Both the position numbers and the translations under genes were made by a program. Below, in pieces: positions 60,995-64,000 of a stretch of DNA of 64,000 bases (its first letter is position 1; the number at the start of each line of letters is the position of its first letter). Under the pieces are notes generated by a model. That model was given only the letters and a program-made list of their open reading frames with translations, ran no database searches and had not been told where the DNA came from. This DNA is from Callorhinchus milii (taxonomy: Eukaryota): contig NW_024704742.1 in assembly GCF_018977255.1 (NCBI RefSeq), positions 129,706,001 to 129,770,000 of the forward strand, written 5' to 3'.

Positions 60995-61269
60995 CAGTAT
61001 TGACTGTATATAGGAGTACCCGCAATCACTTCACTAACTTGGTGATAACATGGTCCATTTGCGTTTGGAAAAGAGAAGCACTGATGAACAAATGGAATAT
61101 TTGACATCACACATTATGCATTTGCCACATTTTTGTGTTTTTAAAAAAAAGTCAAGGTACAAAAATCACTATTTAAAATAAAGTAATCGTGGGAGTGGTA
61201 CCAATAAATGATGGGAAATTATCAACATAACAGTAATTTTTCTTGTGATTATGATGAACTGCATGACGT

Positions 61270-61321
61270 TTACTGCATCTCCACCTCCGTTGTGCCTTTT
61301 GATTTACTTTTATACTTTTTC
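61270..61321 (-). CDS. Terminal coding exon, cytoplasmic tail (RKKYKSKSKGTTEVEMQ*)
   Basis: TTTCTTTTCCATCAG acceptor, phase 2 completes the Arg codon, TAA at 61270-61272. Confidence 0.72.
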
Positions 61322-63752
61322 CTGATGGAAAAGAAATACTCAGTTAGTGCTGTGTATGACTGCGCAGGGAATGGAGTGAGCGCGTGTGTGGGAGAAACCA
61401 ATAGAAGAGACAAAGTGAAAACACAAGGACATCTCCCAATCCAGTCAGCGGTATGTGGGAAGAGTCAGGTAAATAGGACTGAAAGGATTGCTCCTTAAAA
61501 CAGCTAGACCACCACAATGAGCTGAAAGCCCTTCTTCTGTGCTGTACGTTTTAAAGTCCTATGGTTCACTCTGAGTAAGCATGAGAATTTTCACTCACAG
61601 CTATCTTCCACATTGGCTGTGTGAGTGAAGAGGGGAGAAAGGATGGGGAGGATTGCCAATCAGATCCAACCTCAGCAGTTTGCCCAATCTTTGGTTATAA
61701 TGGAGAACCCATTTTATTCACTCTGATTCGATAGGATACTGACTCATAACTCCCTAGAATGGCCAAACAGAGCATCCTTCAAATGTTTTTTGTGTGTTTT
61801 TTTGATCAGCCGGGTGTCTGACACCTGCGGAAACCCATCACCAGGCTTAAGAGTATCCAAACCAAGCTGAGAATTCCACACATTTCCCCTACACATGGAA
61901 ATACCTAAGATAGATTGTTGGAACAGAATGTGCACTCCCTCCCTCCCTCCTAATTCTGGAAAGTCTTAGGCGCAGGGTGGTAAGACCCAAGGCTTGGTGA
62001 CCCCAGAGTGTGCTTTGGGTACTGCTGGAGTCTAAACAACATTCAAATGTTTAATATTTACCGTTCAATTGAAGCTCAGTTCAATTATATGCTCAGTTTA
62101 CATTTGGTAATTTACCTTTGCAGCACAAGTCCAACCACAGCGCCAACAACGACAATACCGAAGAGACATCCGAACACAATTGCAACAGTTGTGCCTGGAA
62201 AGAGAAATTGTACAAGTTAAGGGCTGTTATTTCCACTGTTATAGGTTTGCAAGGACAGGCTCACTGGACAAATCCCCTTACTCACTAATCAAAGTGACTA
62301 CATTATAGGAGGAAGGATTTGTGATGAATTGAATCAAGAGAGAAGTGGAAGTCTAGTGTTGATGTTTTTTGTCCCTTGTGTTGTCATGTGTGAGTGAGAA
62401 GGAATGGATTTAGAGAATATCATTGTCTTGAACCTAAAGATGTCATTTCAAAAAGAATGTGTTACAATAGCACATTCAGACGGTTGAAGTGGCTGCATTA
62501 ATATAACAGTGATGGCATAGAATTACATGGATTTCCTGTTGTTGTGAATATTGCAAGTGGGACAGACAACGACAAGGCCAATCGAGCTATACAATGAAAT
62601 CTGTGGATCTTCCAGTTTGGTTTAAAGAAAATACATTACGATCATCAAACAAATTCAAAATCTTCCGATGATTTAAAAATACCTGAGATACAACCATACA
62701 TCTACTCCAATGGTACAAAGCAACACATTTATTTTATTGTCTTGGCAATGTGATAAGGGCACTACACCAAATGCAATAATTATTTATTACATTTCTGTCC
62801 TACCCATAGAGCTGGGAAACAGAGCCAGAGCAAAAATTCTTCCATACTTAATAAGATTGGGAACTGTGATCATTAAAAAATAATAATCCTTGCATTTGAT
62901 ACAGTGCTTTCACATTGGGAAGACGTCTCAAAATGCTTTGCAGCATTTACTGTAAAGTAAAGTGACTGTGTGCTGTGCAGTCATTCAGCTAGTTTGAAAT
63001 AGAAAGATAATTTTGCCTTGTCATTTTACCCCATATTTACCATTTGGCTTCTTTTTAGAATTGTGTACAATTTATGCTATGTTTGTGCCAATTGGAAGAA
63101 ATTGCTGTAATATTGTGTGTGGCTGCTAAGCCAGTGTAATTCATCATCTATGAAGCTGTGTGGTTCCCCCAGCATAGCAGATAATACCGAATGTTTGCAT
63201 CTTAGTGTATGTACAAGTGTTTGCAAATTGTGGTTAACAACTGTTGTATTTCTTTTCTGGCTAAGTGGCTGGGTTCTTCCAAAACACTTACTGTAATAGT
63301 AATAATCCTTGCTTTTGATATATCACATCTTCTAGACATCTCAAAGCGATTCCCAGAAAATATGATAACGTGAATTGACTATATTTTGTGGGTGAAACGC
63401 GGCAGTCAATTGCGCAAAGCAGTGTCCCACAAACTGCTGTGGATTGAGTGACCAAGTTATTATTATTTGTATTATTATTAACCCTGGAAAGTGAACTGCC
63501 AATCGACTAACAAGTGGGTTCCTACTTGCTGCTAGGTAAACAGAGGCACGTGTGTGGAGTAAGGAAACTTGCCTAAGGAATCGAACCCGGATACTTTTGC
63601 TTGTGAGGTGAGTGCTCTAATCACTACCCTTCAGCAATGACTGTGACTAATACTGTATTAAAGTCAGGTTGTCTGTGTCCTTATTACTGTACCTGCATCC
63701 GAGTCAGAAACATCTTGTGGTATCTCTTCTGCGCCACCTCTTCCAGATCGAA
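61270..63752 (-). CDS. 3' end of an unidentified single-pass (type I) membrane protein gene (three exons; 5' part beyond right edge)
   Basis: Exons 63693-63752, 62116-62194 and 61270-61321 splice in phase to xRSGRGGAEEIPQDVSDSDAG-TTVAIVFGCLFGIVVVGAVVGLVLQ-RKKYKSKSKGTTEVEMQ*: hydrophobic helix followed by a basic stop-transfer cluster. Confidence 0.75.
61797..62030 (-). mobile_element. Unclassified poly(A)-tailed repeat, third copy
   Basis: Same motifs; T-tract at 61797-61803 is the poly(A) tail. Confidence 0.65.
62116..62194 (-). CDS. Transmembrane exon (TTVAIVFGCLFGIVVVGAVVGLVLQ)
   Basis: TTTCTCTTTCCAG acceptor, AG|GTAAAT donor, phase 1-2, ~22 hydrophobic residues. Confidence 0.8.
63293..63632 (-). 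mobile_element. tRNA-derived SINE, long subfamily (intronic in the membrane-protein gene)
   Basis: Same family motifs. Confidence 0.82.
63693..63752 (-). CDS. Juxtamembrane exon of the membrane-protein gene (60 bp, phase 1-1)
   Basis: AAG acceptor after a pyrimidine tract, CAG|GTACAG donor, open frame compatible with the TM exon. Confidence 0.55.
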
Positions 63753-64000
63753 CTTCACATGGATAAAACAGAGAAAGCATCACTTTCAAAATTCAGAGCA
63801 CAAACAATACAATTCACATTTATGCAGCACCTTTCACAGGGTTAGGGGGATGTCTCAAAGCCCTTAACGCTGCTTTGAACTTGAGCTGGTGGCGGGAGTC
63901 AAAGGGGACAGGTAGGCGAAAGATGACCGAAAGTGTGGTCAAAGAGGTACATCTTGAAATGGATCTTGAACAAGGTGAGGGCGGGAGTGAACAGACTAAG

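Noticed and set aside
54500..61200. Myosin-III kinase-domain exons
   Set aside because: No GxGxxG, HRD, DFG or APE-type motifs with splice sites were seen; the region is mostly repeats and is bounded by another gene's last exon.
62286..62682. Additional exons of the membrane-protein gene (acceptors near 62683 and 62434; donor GTGAGT at 62280-62285)
   Set aside because: Each candidate acceptor meets a stop in all frames before a convincing donor, and the donor at 62285 lacks a good upstream acceptor. Not fully excluded without RNA data.

Overview
Eukaryotic, repeat-rich vertebrate DNA. The Deu-domain and tRNA SINEs plus L2 and CR1 LINEs suggest a cartilaginous fish (inference). Most of the window (558-54021, minus strand) is one gene encoding an unconventional myosin. 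I reconstructed 22 phase-consistent coding exons by hand (2110 nt, ~703 codons), covering the whole motor domain (P-loop GESGAGKT, switch [10 protein letters not shown], switch II DIFGFE) and the start of an IQ motif; the tail lies beyond the left edge. The motor is myosin-III-like but appears to begin directly at the motor domain with no N-terminal kinase, which fits class XXVIII myosin (Myo28). At the right end, three short minus-strand exons missed by the ORF track encode the C-terminus of an unidentified single-pass membrane protein. Introns and intergenic DNA are packed with SINEs, L2/CR1 fragments and an unclassified poly(A)-tailed repeat. I found no CRISPR, rRNA, true tRNA gene or prokaryote-type system. 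Repeat boundaries are approximate, and family assignments come from memory rather than database searches.
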